Source: Minisyncoccia bacterium (GTDB taxonomy: Bacteria > Patescibacteriota > Minisyncoccia > Phycocordibacterales > UBA918). From it: a DNA stretch of 64,000 nucleotides. The translations under genes and the position numbers were made by a program. Position 1 is the first letter of the stretch, and every line of letters begins with the position of its first letter. Under the pieces are notes generated by a model. That model was not told where the DNA came from and did not search any database. It saw only the letters and a list, made by a program, of their open reading frames with translations. The stretch spans positions 65,132 to 129,131 of the forward strand of contig JBGSJJ010000015.1 in NCBI GenBank assembly GCA_041742075.1, written 5' to 3'. This document shows positions 47,100 to 56,310 of the stretch, one piece after another.

Positions 47100-48002
47100 A
47101 TGAAAATTATTATTACTAGTCTCATTAGTCTAACCAATAAATTTTTAAAGAATAAAAAAATATTTCTTTATACTCCAAACAAGCATAATGGTTTTGGAAA
47201 GACTGCTGTTAAAACAAAATTTGGTTTTTGGTATGTAGGAGATATCCTCGATCAAAGAGATATCGCTTGTGGTATTTTACGATATGGTGAAATCGAACCC
47301 GAAGAGACTGCACTCACTATAAAGATTTTTAAGTACCTAAATCAAAAAGCTAACCCAGTTATCTATGACATCGGAGCCAATACTGGGTACTACGGATTAT
47401 TGGCTGCTCATTTTTTTGAGAAACAAGTTTCAGTGTATTCTTTTGAGCCAGTCAAAGAGTTTGCCGACTGTATCGACGAAACAGCAAAGATAAATGGTTT
47501 CAGTGACTGCATTCATGTCTGCAATTTTGCACTCAGTGACAAGAATGGAACTGGTGAAATATATGTATGGGGAACCTGTTCAAGTCTCGATAAAGACTTT
47601 AATAATAAAGACCTGCCGACACAAACTATCGAACTTAAAAGGCTTGACGGTTTTGCAGAAAGTGTTTCTCCAGACTTTATAAAAATAGACACGGAAGGCC
47701 ATGAACTACTTACACTCGAAGGGGCTATTGAAACTATTTCAAAAAGTAAGCCTCTGCTATTTGTTGAAATCATAGAAAGACTCAAAATGAGAAATTTTGT
47801 CAATCAAGATTACTCGAAAACAATTCAGCTTTTACTAAACATTGGGTACGAAGCCTATCTTTTCAAAAACGGTAAACTAGAGAAGACCGATGGTAGCCTA
47901 ACAATTGAAGGCGTGTATATGTACTTATTCATACATAAAGACAAGCATAAAGATTTTCTGAAATACTTAAATGTGTCTGACGAGAAAATATCTTCTAACT
48001 AA
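47100..48002 (+). CDS. FkbM family methyltransferase
   Basis: YDIGANTG, FEP, IKIDTEGHE. Confidence 0.9.
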   Translation: MKIIITSLISLTNKFLKNKKIFLYTPNKHNGFGKTAVKTKFGFWYVGDILDQRDIACGILRYGEIEPEETALTIKIFKYLNQKANPVIYDIGANTGYYGLLAAHFFEKQVSVYSFEPVKEFADCIDETAKINGFSDCIHVCNFALSDKNGTGEIYVWGTCSSLDKDFNNKDLPTQTIELKRLDGFAESVSPDFIKIDTEGHELLTLEGAIETISKSKPLLFVEIIERLKMRNFVNQDYSKTIQLLLNIGYEAYLFKNGKLEKTDGSLTIEGVYMYLFIHKDKHKDFLKYLNVSDEKISSN

Positions 48003-48013
48003 ATTTTAAATGT

Positions 48014-48949
48014 ATGACCTCTGAACTACTACACAAAAACATCAAGCTAGTTCGTGCGGTAATACCTTTATCACTTCGTCGCTTAGTAGGACCATATATT
48101 GCGTATAGTGCATATATATGGAGAGTGTATATAACCAAAAATAAAAATGCCCCAAAAATTCTTTCACTTGAAGAAACAATTGACATTATTATAGCTAATG
48201 AACTTTCAGCAATTCGTTTTGGTGATGGTGAAATGTCCCTTATTGAAAATGAACAACTTAATTTTCAGCAAACAAACAGTCAATTGTCTTACAAACTAAG
48301 AGCAATCCTGCAGATACATACACCCGCGTTACTCATCTGCATTCCCGGCATTTGGGGAAAGTTAAACGGTTACACCAAAGTTTCGTACTGGTTTATTTTG
48401 CATCACCTATTCCGCCACGGTCATGTTTGGAGAGGTCTGTTATCAAGTAACCAAACCTATGGTGACGCTTATATCACAAGACCATATCTAGGTTATAAAG
48501 ATAAATCGCATAGTGGTAGTATTTTTAAAAAGTTGTTCTCAATATGGGCAGGAAAAAAAGTTGTCCTCATTGAAGGTAAAAAAAGTCGGCTCGGTGTAGG
48601 TAATGATATGTTTAACAATGTGCAAAGTCTGAAACGAATCCTCTGTCCAGCGGAAAATGCCTATACAAAATATGCTGAAATAATGACGGAAGCCTTGAAG
48701 ATACCGAAGGATTCATTAGTGTTACTTTCGGTAGGTCCGACTGCAAAAGTATTAGCCTATGACTTGTTCATGGCCGGATACAGAGTGATTGATATTGGGC
48801 ACATCGACATGGAATACGAAATGTTCTTGCGGTCTTCCTCCACCCTTGTTAAAGTGCCGTATAAGTATTTTAATGAAATAAATGAACTCAATCCGCAAGA
48901 CTGTCTTGATGATACCTACCTGTCCCAGATTATTGCAAAAGTAGTATAA
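48014..48949 (+). CDS. GT-D fold glycosyltransferase (DUF1792)
   Basis: RFGDGE, ITRPY, RLGVGND, GPTAKVLAYDL, IDIGHIDMEYE. Confidence 0.85.
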   Translation: MTSELLHKNIKLVRAVIPLSLRRLVGPYIAYSAYIWRVYITKNKNAPKILSLEETIDIIIANELSAIRFGDGEMSLIENEQLNFQQTNSQLSYKLRAILQIHTPALLICIPGIWGKLNGYTKVSYWFILHHLFRHGHVWRGLLSSNQTYGDAYITRPYLGYKDKSHSGSIFKKLFSIWAGKKVVLIEGKKSRLGVGNDMFNNVQSLKRILCPAENAYTKYAEIMTEALKIPKDSLVLLSVGPTAKVLAYDLFMAGYRVIDIGHIDMEYEMFLRSSSTLVKVPYKYFNEINELNPQDCLDDTYLSQIIAKVV

Positions 48950-48962
48950 TACGAGTCTGACC

Positions 48963-50018
48963 GTGAAAAAAATCCGCGTAAAATTTTTAAAGTTTGGCAG
49001 TGCTGACCATACGACACCAGGATCATATGCTAATCTTTTTTATTCTCTCCTTCAAAAAAAGTACGAAGTCGAGATATCAGAAACGCCTGATTATATTTTC
49101 TACCATGAATCATCTGATGAACACTTGAACTATAATTGCGTAAAAATTTTCTATACCGGTGAAAATGTCTCACCAAATTTTAACTTTTGTGATTACGCCA
49201 TTGGTTTTGATTGGCTTGATTTTAGTGACCGTTACTATCGTTTTCCAATCTATCTAAATGCTATCTACTATCGACCAGAAGAAATAACTCAATCCGCAAA
49301 TATAGACTGGACAAAACCTGCCAACCTTACTCGTGCTGATATGGAAGCAAAAACGGAATTTTGTAGCTTTGTCTACTCTAACTATCGTGGCGAACTGGCC
49401 CGTCAGTCTTTATTTGATGCACTTAGTGTTTACAAAAAAGTGAACGCCGGCGGTGCGTATCTCAATAACGTTGGTGGGCGCGTAGAGAACAAACTGGCTT
49501 TTGAAGCTAAACATAAGTTTTCGATTGCTTGTGAAAATTCATCACGCTCAGGCTATACAACTGAAAAAATCATTGGTTCTTTTTTAGCTAAAACTATCCC
49601 TATCTATTGGGGCGACCCAGACGTCGCCAAGCAGTTTAACCCAAAGCGGTTTATTAATTGTCATGACTTTAAAAGTTTTGACGAGGTACGTACCCGAGTA
49701 GCCGAAATAGATGAAGATGATGACCTCTACCTGAGTATGGTAAATGAACCAATAACGATCCCTGAGTACAACTTTACAAAAGTTCATGAGGGCCTTGAAG
49801 CTTTTCTTCAACATATTTTTGACCAGCCTGTTACAGACGCTAAGCGAGCGACCATTAACCCAAATCGACTCGCAGAAATGGAAAAACGAGAACATGTGGC
49901 CAGTTGGTATACCGGCGCTCAATTAAAACTCATCCAAGTCAGTGCTAAAATCTACCAACCTCTTAAAAAGTTTCCTTGGTTTGAGAAACTAAAACATACA
50001 CTTTTTCAAAGTAAGTAG
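48963..50018 (+). CDS. GT10 alpha-1,3/4-fucosyltransferase
   Basis: FYTGEN, FCSFVYSN, KFSIACENS..GYTTEKI, IPIYWG. Confidence 0.9.
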   Translation: MKKIRVKFLKFGSADHTTPGSYANLFYSLLQKKYEVEISETPDYIFYHESSDEHLNYNCVKIFYTGENVSPNFNFCDYAIGFDWLDFSDRYYRFPIYLNAIYYRPEEITQSANIDWTKPANLTRADMEAKTEFCSFVYSNYRGELARQSLFDALSVYKKVNAGGAYLNNVGGRVENKLAFEAKHKFSIACENSSRSGYTTEKIIGSFLAKTIPIYWGDPDVAKQFNPKRFINCHDFKSFDEVRTRVAEIDEDDDLYLSMVNEPITIPEYNFTKVHEGLEAFLQHIFDQPVTDAKRATINPNRLAEMEKREHVASWYTGAQLKLIQVSAKIYQPLKKFPWFEKLKHTLFQSK

Positions 50019-50025
50019 GGTTACT

Positions 50026-51039
50026 ATGCTCAACATCATCTCTCGCTCTATAGTCTCTCGCCACACTCGTGGGCCACGAAAAGTGGTACTGAATCTAATC
50101 AAAGGCCTTGATGAACTTAACGTGCCCTATGTCGTGAACGCCTCACTTGATGCCACCAGTGAGCTCTGGATACACGATGACCCCTTAGCCCTTAAAGCCT
50201 CTCTTACCTTACCTCCTACTACGAGCATTATTGCCGGACCGAATATTTACACTCTCCCCTCAGAGATTCCACCTGAAATGAATTTAAGTCGACTACTCTG
50301 GCTCTATCCCGCGCCCTGGGTAGAAAAGTTTTGGCACGCATTTGGAGGAAGTCATATCCCTAGTGCGGTGTGGCCGGTTGGTATCGATACCGCGAAGTTT
50401 TCTCCAAGCACGCGCGAGAAGAGGCTTGTCTTAGTCTATAACAAACAGCGCTCTTTAAAAGACACTCTAGCCGTCACCACCCTACTTGAAACACTCGGGC
50501 AAACGTATCACGTCATCACCTACGGCAACTACCAAGAGCGTGAGTACCAGACTCTCCTCAGTGAGGCAAAGGCTGTTATTTGGATTGGTCGTTCAGAGAG
50601 TCAGGGAGTTGGCTTACTTGAAGCCCTCGCCATGAACGTCCCGATGCTCGTCTGGGGCGTCACCCGCTTTGGTGACTGGGTTGGCTCAGGGCATGACCAC
50701 TTCACCCCAAGCCAACTCGCGTACACGCCAGTTATGACCGCACCGTATTTTAATGAACGGTGTGGAGTCTGTATCTCAAGTAACGAAGAGCTACCAAATG
50801 CTCTACCTCCCTTCCTGAGCAATTTAGCGCAATATACGCCACGTGCGTACGTGGAGGCAGAGCTTAGCCTCAAGCGAGGAGCGGAGACATTTTTAGCTCT
50901 CTATACCAACCATTTTGGTGTCCTACCCGAAACAATGCGGACCAAGCACCTCATAAACACCAAAAAGTGGCACAACGCCACCCTCCGTTTCCAACTCAAA
51001 AGCCAGATAAAAGATGCGTTGCGACGGATAATACGTTAA
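50026..51039 (+). CDS. GT-B (GT4-like) glycosyltransferase
   Basis: WPVGIDTAKF, SESQGVGLLEALAMNVP. Confidence 0.75.
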   Translation: MLNIISRSIVSRHTRGPRKVVLNLIKGLDELNVPYVVNASLDATSELWIHDDPLALKASLTLPPTTSIIAGPNIYTLPSEIPPEMNLSRLLWLYPAPWVEKFWHAFGGSHIPSAVWPVGIDTAKFSPSTREKRLVLVYNKQRSLKDTLAVTTLLETLGQTYHVITYGNYQEREYQTLLSEAKAVIWIGRSESQGVGLLEALAMNVPMLVWGVTRFGDWVGSGHDHFTPSQLAYTPVMTAPYFNERCGVCISSNEELPNALPPFLSNLAQYTPRAYVEAELSLKRGAETFLALYTNHFGVLPETMRTKHLINTKKWHNATLRFQLKSQIKDALRRIIR

Positions 51040-51040
51040 A

Positions 51041-51958
51041 ATGTTCGCTATGAATCGGGCAGAGCTCATCGCTACTATATGGAATGCTACGCCTGATATC
51101 GACATGGCTATTGGTCGCAATGCCCGCTTTAAGAAGCACCCTCTTAAAGCGCTCTACTTCTATACCCTGGTTGCCCTCAACCGCTTTACGCCACTCCTCC
51201 TCCCTATCAAAGCCCGCACTCTCTGGGGACACCGTCTCTTTGCCTACGAAACCTCAGCGATTGGCTCGATGTCCTTCCTAGGCTTTTATGACCGCGAGAT
51301 TACCCTCTTTCTCTTAAAACACTTTAATGAACCGGGCGACATCCTAGACGTCGGCGCCAACATCGGCGTCTACACCAGTTTGTTTACGCAAATTGCCCAT
51401 CAGGATGCTAAAATTATCGCCTTTGAACCGACCCCTAGTACCTACTCTGTCCTCTTTAAGAACGTTGGCACCTTACCCCAGGTAGAGACTAAGCAACTCG
51501 CTTTAAGTGACCACGCCGGTACCATCACCTTCTTTGACTATGGGTTGCGTCACGGCGTCTTTAATTCCACTACCGACCAGCCGCTCGATTTTTTACACGG
51601 GCAGGGTAAAAAAATCGATGTGCCAACTACCACGCTGGACTCTTGGTGCATGGAAAATAATATCCACCCGAGTCTCTTAAAGCTCGATACCGAAGGGACT
51701 GAAGCGAGTATCTTAGCTCACAGTAGTCAGGTTCTTTCGGCTGACAAACCCGTCATTCTCTTAGAAGTGGGTGGTGGTGACGCCTGGAGTAAGAACAACA
51801 ATGACAGTCTCGATATCCTTACCTCGTACCAGTACCAGTTCTTTACAGTGAGTGATGCTGGTGAGCTCGTCGTGCATGCACGTCAAGCCAGTTACCAGTA
51901 CACCAACCTTGTCTGTATCCCCGCTAGCAAAGTGAGTTTGTATGTTCAGTCTACTTAA
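51041..51958 (+). CDS. FkbM family methyltransferase
   Basis: DVGANIG, FEPTP, LKLDTEGTE. Confidence 0.88.
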   Translation: MFAMNRAELIATIWNATPDIDMAIGRNARFKKHPLKALYFYTLVALNRFTPLLLPIKARTLWGHRLFAYETSAIGSMSFLGFYDREITLFLLKHFNEPGDILDVGANIGVYTSLFTQIAHQDAKIIAFEPTPSTYSVLFKNVGTLPQVETKQLALSDHAGTITFFDYGLRHGVFNSTTDQPLDFLHGQGKKIDVPTTTLDSWCMENNIHPSLLKLDTEGTEASILAHSSQVLSADKPVILLEVGGGDAWSKNNNDSLDILTSYQYQFFTVSDAGELVVHARQASYQYTNLVCIPASKVSLYVQST

Positions 51959-52694
51959 AAAAATTCGGCGAGTGCTCTTAACGGCGCTTTATAGTCCGTT
52001 TATTCTAAAGGATTACTTGGCTTTTATACGCCAGGATAACAATCCTCGGTTTACCTACTCCTGGCGGACCTTCTACCCGCAGATTTTTGATAAAACCAAA
52101 CTAACTGGTTTTGATCGACACTATGTCTATCACACCGCTTGGGCAGCCCGCGTGGTAAAAGAAATCAACCCACCGCTTCATACTGACATCGCTTCAAGCT
52201 TATACTTTCCCGCCCTCGTCTCCGCGTTTGTACCCGTCGCTTTTTATGACTATCGCCCGGCCGAACTTGGGTTATCTAACCTCACGAGTAACCATGCTGA
52301 CCTCACGAAGCTCCAGTTTGAGACGGGGAGCGTTACTTCCCTGTCTTGCCTTCACACGATTGAACACGTCGGACTCGGTCGCTATGGCGACCCGGTTGAT
52401 CCAAGTGGCGACGTCAAAGCTTGTAGTGAACTCGCGCGTGTCCTCGCTCCCGGTGGGTCACTCTTGTTTGTGACACCGGTTGGGAAAACGGCCCAGATTA
52501 TGTTTAATGCTCATCGTATTTATACGTATGAACTCGTGCTTTCGCTCTTCCCTGACTTGATCCTTCATGAGTTCTCACTCATTCCCGAGCAGGCCGAGCA
52601 TGGTGGCTTGATTCGAAATGCCGACCCAATACTGATAGAAAATGAAGTGTATGGGTGCGGATGTTTTTGGTTTAAGAAACCAGCCTCAGTATGA
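51942..52694 (+). CDS. DUF268-like SAM-dependent methyltransferase
   Basis: SLSCLHTIEHVGLGRYGDPVDP, FNAHRIY. Confidence 0.8.
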   Translation: MFSLLKKIRRVLLTALYSPFILKDYLAFIRQDNNPRFTYSWRTFYPQIFDKTKLTGFDRHYVYHTAWAARVVKEINPPLHTDIASSLYFPALVSAFVPVAFYDYRPAELGLSNLTSNHADLTKLQFETGSVTSLSCLHTIEHVGLGRYGDPVDPSGDVKACSELARVLAPGGSLLFVTPVGKTAQIMFNAHRIYTYELVLSLFPDLILHEFSLIPEQAEHGGLIRNADPILIENEVYGCGCFWFKKPASV

Positions 52695-53560
52695 TTATCG
52701 TAAACCTCAAAGGAGGCTTAGGAAACCAGATGTTTCAATACGCGCTTGGTCGCACGTTGGCACTTAAACATAACGACACACTTAAGCTCGATATCAGTAC
52801 ACTCTCCCGCGCTCATGAACTTGGGGTGGTGTATCGTCCCTTTAGCCTACAGTCTTTCAATGTCATACAGAACATCGCTACCAGAGATGAAATCAATCAC
52901 CTTGCCTATCCGTACGGCCTACTTTCAAAACTTACTCGGACAATTTCTGCTCGCGTTTTAAAACGTACCCACGTTTGTTTTGAACCCACCATTCTCAACC
53001 TGACTGGGGACCAGTACCTTGATGGGTATTGGCAAAGCCCACGTTTTTTTGAAGACATCCGCGGCACTCTGATAACTGAGTTTACGCTACGGACGCCCCT
53101 GCCTGAGACAGGTGAATTCTACAAGCAAGCTTTGACACAAGATGGGTCAGTCAGTCTGCACGTACGCCGTGGTGACTACGCCACTAACCCCAAAACAACT
53201 GGGGAGATGGGGGTATGCTCACTTGAGTATTACAAAATAGCTATTGAGCACATACGTACAGTGGTCGATACGCCCCGCTTTTTTGTTTTTTCAGACGATA
53301 TCGCCTGGGCCAGAGAACATCTCCTCCTTGAAGAGTCCGAGGTTATCTTTGTATCTGATGCGTCGCTCACTGACGCTATGGAACTAGCACTGATGAGCTT
53401 GGCCAAGCACAATATAATAGCCAATAGTAGCTTTAGCTGGTGGTCAGCCTGGCTTAACCAAAACCCAAGCAAAGTTGTGATAGCGCCTACTCCTTGGTTT
53501 AATACAGTACGGTTCGATACTCACCTACTACCAGAATCATGGATACAACTACCCAAGTAA
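52691..53560 (+). CDS. GT11 alpha-1,2-fucosyltransferase
   Basis: GGLGNQMFQY, GYWQS, HVRRGDY, FSDD, ANSSFSWW. Confidence 0.93.
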   Translation: MIIVNLKGGLGNQMFQYALGRTLALKHNDTLKLDISTLSRAHELGVVYRPFSLQSFNVIQNIATRDEINHLAYPYGLLSKLTRTISARVLKRTHVCFEPTILNLTGDQYLDGYWQSPRFFEDIRGTLITEFTLRTPLPETGEFYKQALTQDGSVSLHVRRGDYATNPKTTGEMGVCSLEYYKIAIEHIRTVVDTPRFFVFSDDIAWAREHLLLEESEVIFVSDASLTDAMELALMSLAKHNIIANSSFSWWSAWLNQNPSKVVIAPTPWFNTVRFDTHLLPESWIQLPK

Positions 53561-54315
53561 CAAGTGCTCCTAAAGTAAGCATCCTCATGCTTACCTATAA
53601 CCGTGCTTCGTATATAAAAGAGGCGATACAAAGTGTGCTTAAGCAAACCTACCCAGACTTCGAACTCCACATCATCGATGATGGCTCGACAGACGCGACT
53701 GCGGAGCTCGTAGTAAAGTTCACGGACTCGCGCGTAAAGTACCACAGAAGTAGCACTAATAAAGGTCTGATTGAAAGACGTAAAGAAAGTCTCACCTACG
53801 CCAACGGCATGTACATTGCCATACTCGATAGCGACGACGCTTGGAATGACCCGGGCAAGCTCCAGGCTCAAGTGGCGTATATGGAAGCCAATCCAGATTG
53901 TGCGGTCGTTGGTACCTTCATCAACCGTATTAACCAGGCGGGTGAAACAATTGGCACCGACAAGTATGCTGAAAGTGACAGCACTATCCGTAAAACCATT
54001 CTGGTCCGGAATCAATTCGCCCATTCAAGCGTGCTACTGCGCACAGCTTTTGTAGAAAAAACTGCTGGCTACCGTGACACTACCCTCGCTGAAGACCTTG
54101 ATTTGTTTTTACAACTTGGACAGGTCGGCACATTCGCCAATCTACCAGTCTACACAACCAACTATCGCATCCACGGCGAGAGTTTTGGCTCTAAGCGCGT
54201 ACTGATGGCAAAAGCTATCTTGCATATTATCAAGAACTACCGAGATACCTACCCCAATGCCTGGAAAGGATTGCTCGTTGGCTACCTAAGACTCCTTCTA
54301 TCGTATGTACGTTAA
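53539..54315 (+). CDS. GT2 glycosyltransferase
   Basis: VSILMLTYN, IDDGSTD, ILDSDD, AEDLDL. Confidence 0.9.
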   Translation: MDTTTQVTSAPKVSILMLTYNRASYIKEAIQSVLKQTYPDFELHIIDDGSTDATAELVVKFTDSRVKYHRSSTNKGLIERRKESLTYANGMYIAILDSDDAWNDPGKLQAQVAYMEANPDCAVVGTFINRINQAGETIGTDKYAESDSTIRKTILVRNQFAHSSVLLRTAFVEKTAGYRDTTLAEDLDLFLQLGQVGTFANLPVYTTNYRIHGESFGSKRVLMAKAILHIIKNYRDTYPNAWKGLLVGYLRLLLSYVR

Positions 54316-54320
54316 GGTAT

Positions 54321-54350
54321 AAAAGAACGCCCACTCAAGAGTGGGCGTTC
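54321..54350. terminator. Hairpin terminator between convergent genes
   Basis: GAACGCCCACTC-AA-GAGTGGGCGTTC preceded by A4. Confidence 0.75.
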
Positions 54351-54371
54351 ACGATACTACTTAAAATTACT

Positions 54372-54761
54372 TTAAATCCATTCGATTCTCTGTGTTATTC
54401 CTTGGCCACACGAGAGTATGACGTACGGGTCAACATAGGTGACGTTTGGTACAAGGTGCGTGCGGTGCATCATTTTCCAAATTCCAGTACTCACAGACTC
54501 CCTCTGCAGACTAACACCTCCATTCCTGCAGACAACCCGAAGGACAGCCGGCTTACCTCCTTCCAGATACGCAGTAAGGACAGCTCGCCTGAAAGGTCCT
54601 GGAACGACAACGTGCCCAGCAATTTCTTTTATTTTAAGTCCTTCTTCTCTAAGACTACATTGTATTATGGAGTCTAATTCTTCATGACTGAGTGGCTGAA
54701 ACACTGGTACTTTTTGTGCTCTTTTTTTCTTTAGTTTGCGAACTATGCTGTCTGTTTGCAT
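54372..54761 (-). CDS. Hypothetical protein
   Basis: ORF with GAGGA SD before ATG 54761; no recognisable family. Confidence 0.5.
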   Translation of the reverse strand: MQTDSIVRKLKKKRAQKVPVFQPLSHEELDSIIQCSLREEGLKIKEIAGHVVVPGPFRRAVLTAYLEGGKPAVLRVVCRNGGVSLQRESVSTGIWKMMHRTHLVPNVTYVDPYVILSCGQGITQRIEWI

Positions 54762-54906
54762 TGTTTCCTCGCTGTGTTTCAATCGGGAGACTTTTCTGCT
54801 TGGTAATGTAACGCGCAAACTTCGAGCGGTCAAGGTTTACTGATTAAAACGAACCACTGTAAAAAATAGGTAAACCATGCTCTAATACAACGTGGAGGTA
54901 CCCAGC

Positions 54907-55254
54907 ATGTCAGACAAAAAGAACCAGTCCATTCCTTTTATTCTCACTCAGCGTTCTTTTATGCAAGCATTGTTAGGCGACCAATATAAAAAAATCGTTT
55001 CTGCACCATACCTACTAGACCAAATTCTCCCACACACACCAAAGCTTTGTGGGATTACGTTGGAAGAATTCTGTGCCACAATGAAGCAAATTGCCCCTTC
55101 GCTCACCTGCCCTGAAGTGCACTACACGCGACCGCTTGAAGTGACCTACGGCTTACTAAACAGCCACATAAACGCAATTGAGCCTCTCCCGAAAAGAAGA
55201 ACTTCGGTCTATACCGAAACAGTTATCCTCGCCTTTAGGCGACCAGATGGGTAA
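54907..55254 (+). CDS. Hypothetical protein
   Basis: TGCTCTAAT extended -10, GGAGGT SD, ATG 54907, terminator directly after the stop. Confidence 0.55.
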   Translation: MSDKKNQSIPFILTQRSFMQALLGDQYKKIVSAPYLLDQILPHTPKLCGITLEEFCATMKQIAPSLTCPEVHYTRPLEVTYGLLNSHINAIEPLPKRRTSVYTETVILAFRRPDG

Positions 55255-55286
55255 AACGACCAGTCCGTAAGGACTGATCGTTTTTT
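55253..55286. terminator. Bidirectional terminator
   Basis: AAAACGACCAGTCC-GTAA-GGACTGATCGTTTTTT. Confidence 0.75.
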
Positions 55287-55297
55287 CTGTATAGTTT

Positions 55298-56245
55298 TTA
55301 TAAACCGTATACTGCTACCGTGCTTTCCACCATGTCGGTCAAAGTCCGTTTTGGTTCCCAACCAAGAATTTCTTTTGCTCTCTCAGCGTTCGCTACAACA
55401 GTGGCCACATCACCGGCCCGACGAGGTACTACCGTTATCTCAATTTTTCTACCGATAGCTTTTTCAAAGGCTGCCACGAGTTCAAAGACTGAATAGCCTA
55501 CCCCAGTACCAAGATTAATCGTACACGCACCTTCGGTGTTTGTTGCCTGCCCGTGAGCTTCTGCTAAGTCAGACAGGTGGATATAGTCTCGTACCCCACT
55601 ACCGTCTTTTGTCTCATAATCATCTCCAAAGACCTGAAAACTTTTACCGCCCTTGATTGAGCGAGCAATCAGTGGGAATACGTTCTGGGCGGACTCTTCT
55701 TTGTACCCAAGCCCACTATCACCAGCTACGTTAAAGTAACGCAAGATAGCATGGGACGAAATCTTACCAGTTCGGGTAAATTCACGAATCAACGTTTCAG
55801 ACATAAGCTTAGACTGTCCGTACACATTTTTTGGGTCAACTGGAGATGTTTCAGTTGCCTGCCCCTCTATAGGTGCATACACTGAGGCGGTTGAAGAGAA
55901 AATAATCTGCGGTACCGTATAGCGCGCCATAGCCGATAAGACATTCAGTGTGCCCAGGACATTATTTTTGAAGTAGAGAGCCGGTTCTTGCTCACTTTCG
56001 CCGACGGCTTTTTTTGCCGCTAAGTGGATAACGGTGTCAAATTGGTACTGACTGAAAACCTCGTCAACGGCTGTTTCGTTAGTCACGTCACCAACTATAA
56101 GGGACGCGCCACGAGTGACCTTATCTTCCTGTCCAGCGGTTAAGTCATCAAACACGACAACCGTGTTCCCTGCTTCGACGAGAGTTTTTACACATGCCGA
56201 ACCAATATACCCGGCTCCGCCCGTTACCAATATTTTTTTAGACAT
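55298..56245 (-). CDS. galE: UDP-glucose 4-epimerase
   Basis: VTGGAGYIGS, KAVGES, FSSTASVY, YGQSK, LRYFN, RDYIH, RRAGD. Confidence 0.93.
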   Translation of the reverse strand: MSKKILVTGGAGYIGSACVKTLVEAGNTVVVFDDLTAGQEDKVTRGASLIVGDVTNETAVDEVFSQYQFDTVIHLAAKKAVGESEQEPALYFKNNVLGTLNVLSAMARYTVPQIIFSSTASVYAPIEGQATETSPVDPKNVYGQSKLMSETLIREFTRTGKISSHAILRYFNVAGDSGLGYKEESAQNVFPLIARSIKGGKSFQVFGDDYETKDGSGVRDYIHLSDLAEAHGQATNTEGACTINLGTGVGYSVFELVAAFEKAIGRKIEITVVPRRAGDVATVVANAERAKEILGWEPKRTLTDMVESTVAVYGL

Positions 56246-56310
56246 ACACCCTATAGTACCAAACCTAGCTATGATTGGTTACCTTGACGAAAACCGCCAA
56301 CATACGATTG

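Noticed and set aside
42503-49060. A7-A8 runs near the starts of the RfbH-like and GT10 genes as phase-variation tracts
   Set aside because: Short A-runs encoding Lys are expected in AT-rich genes; all frames are intact.
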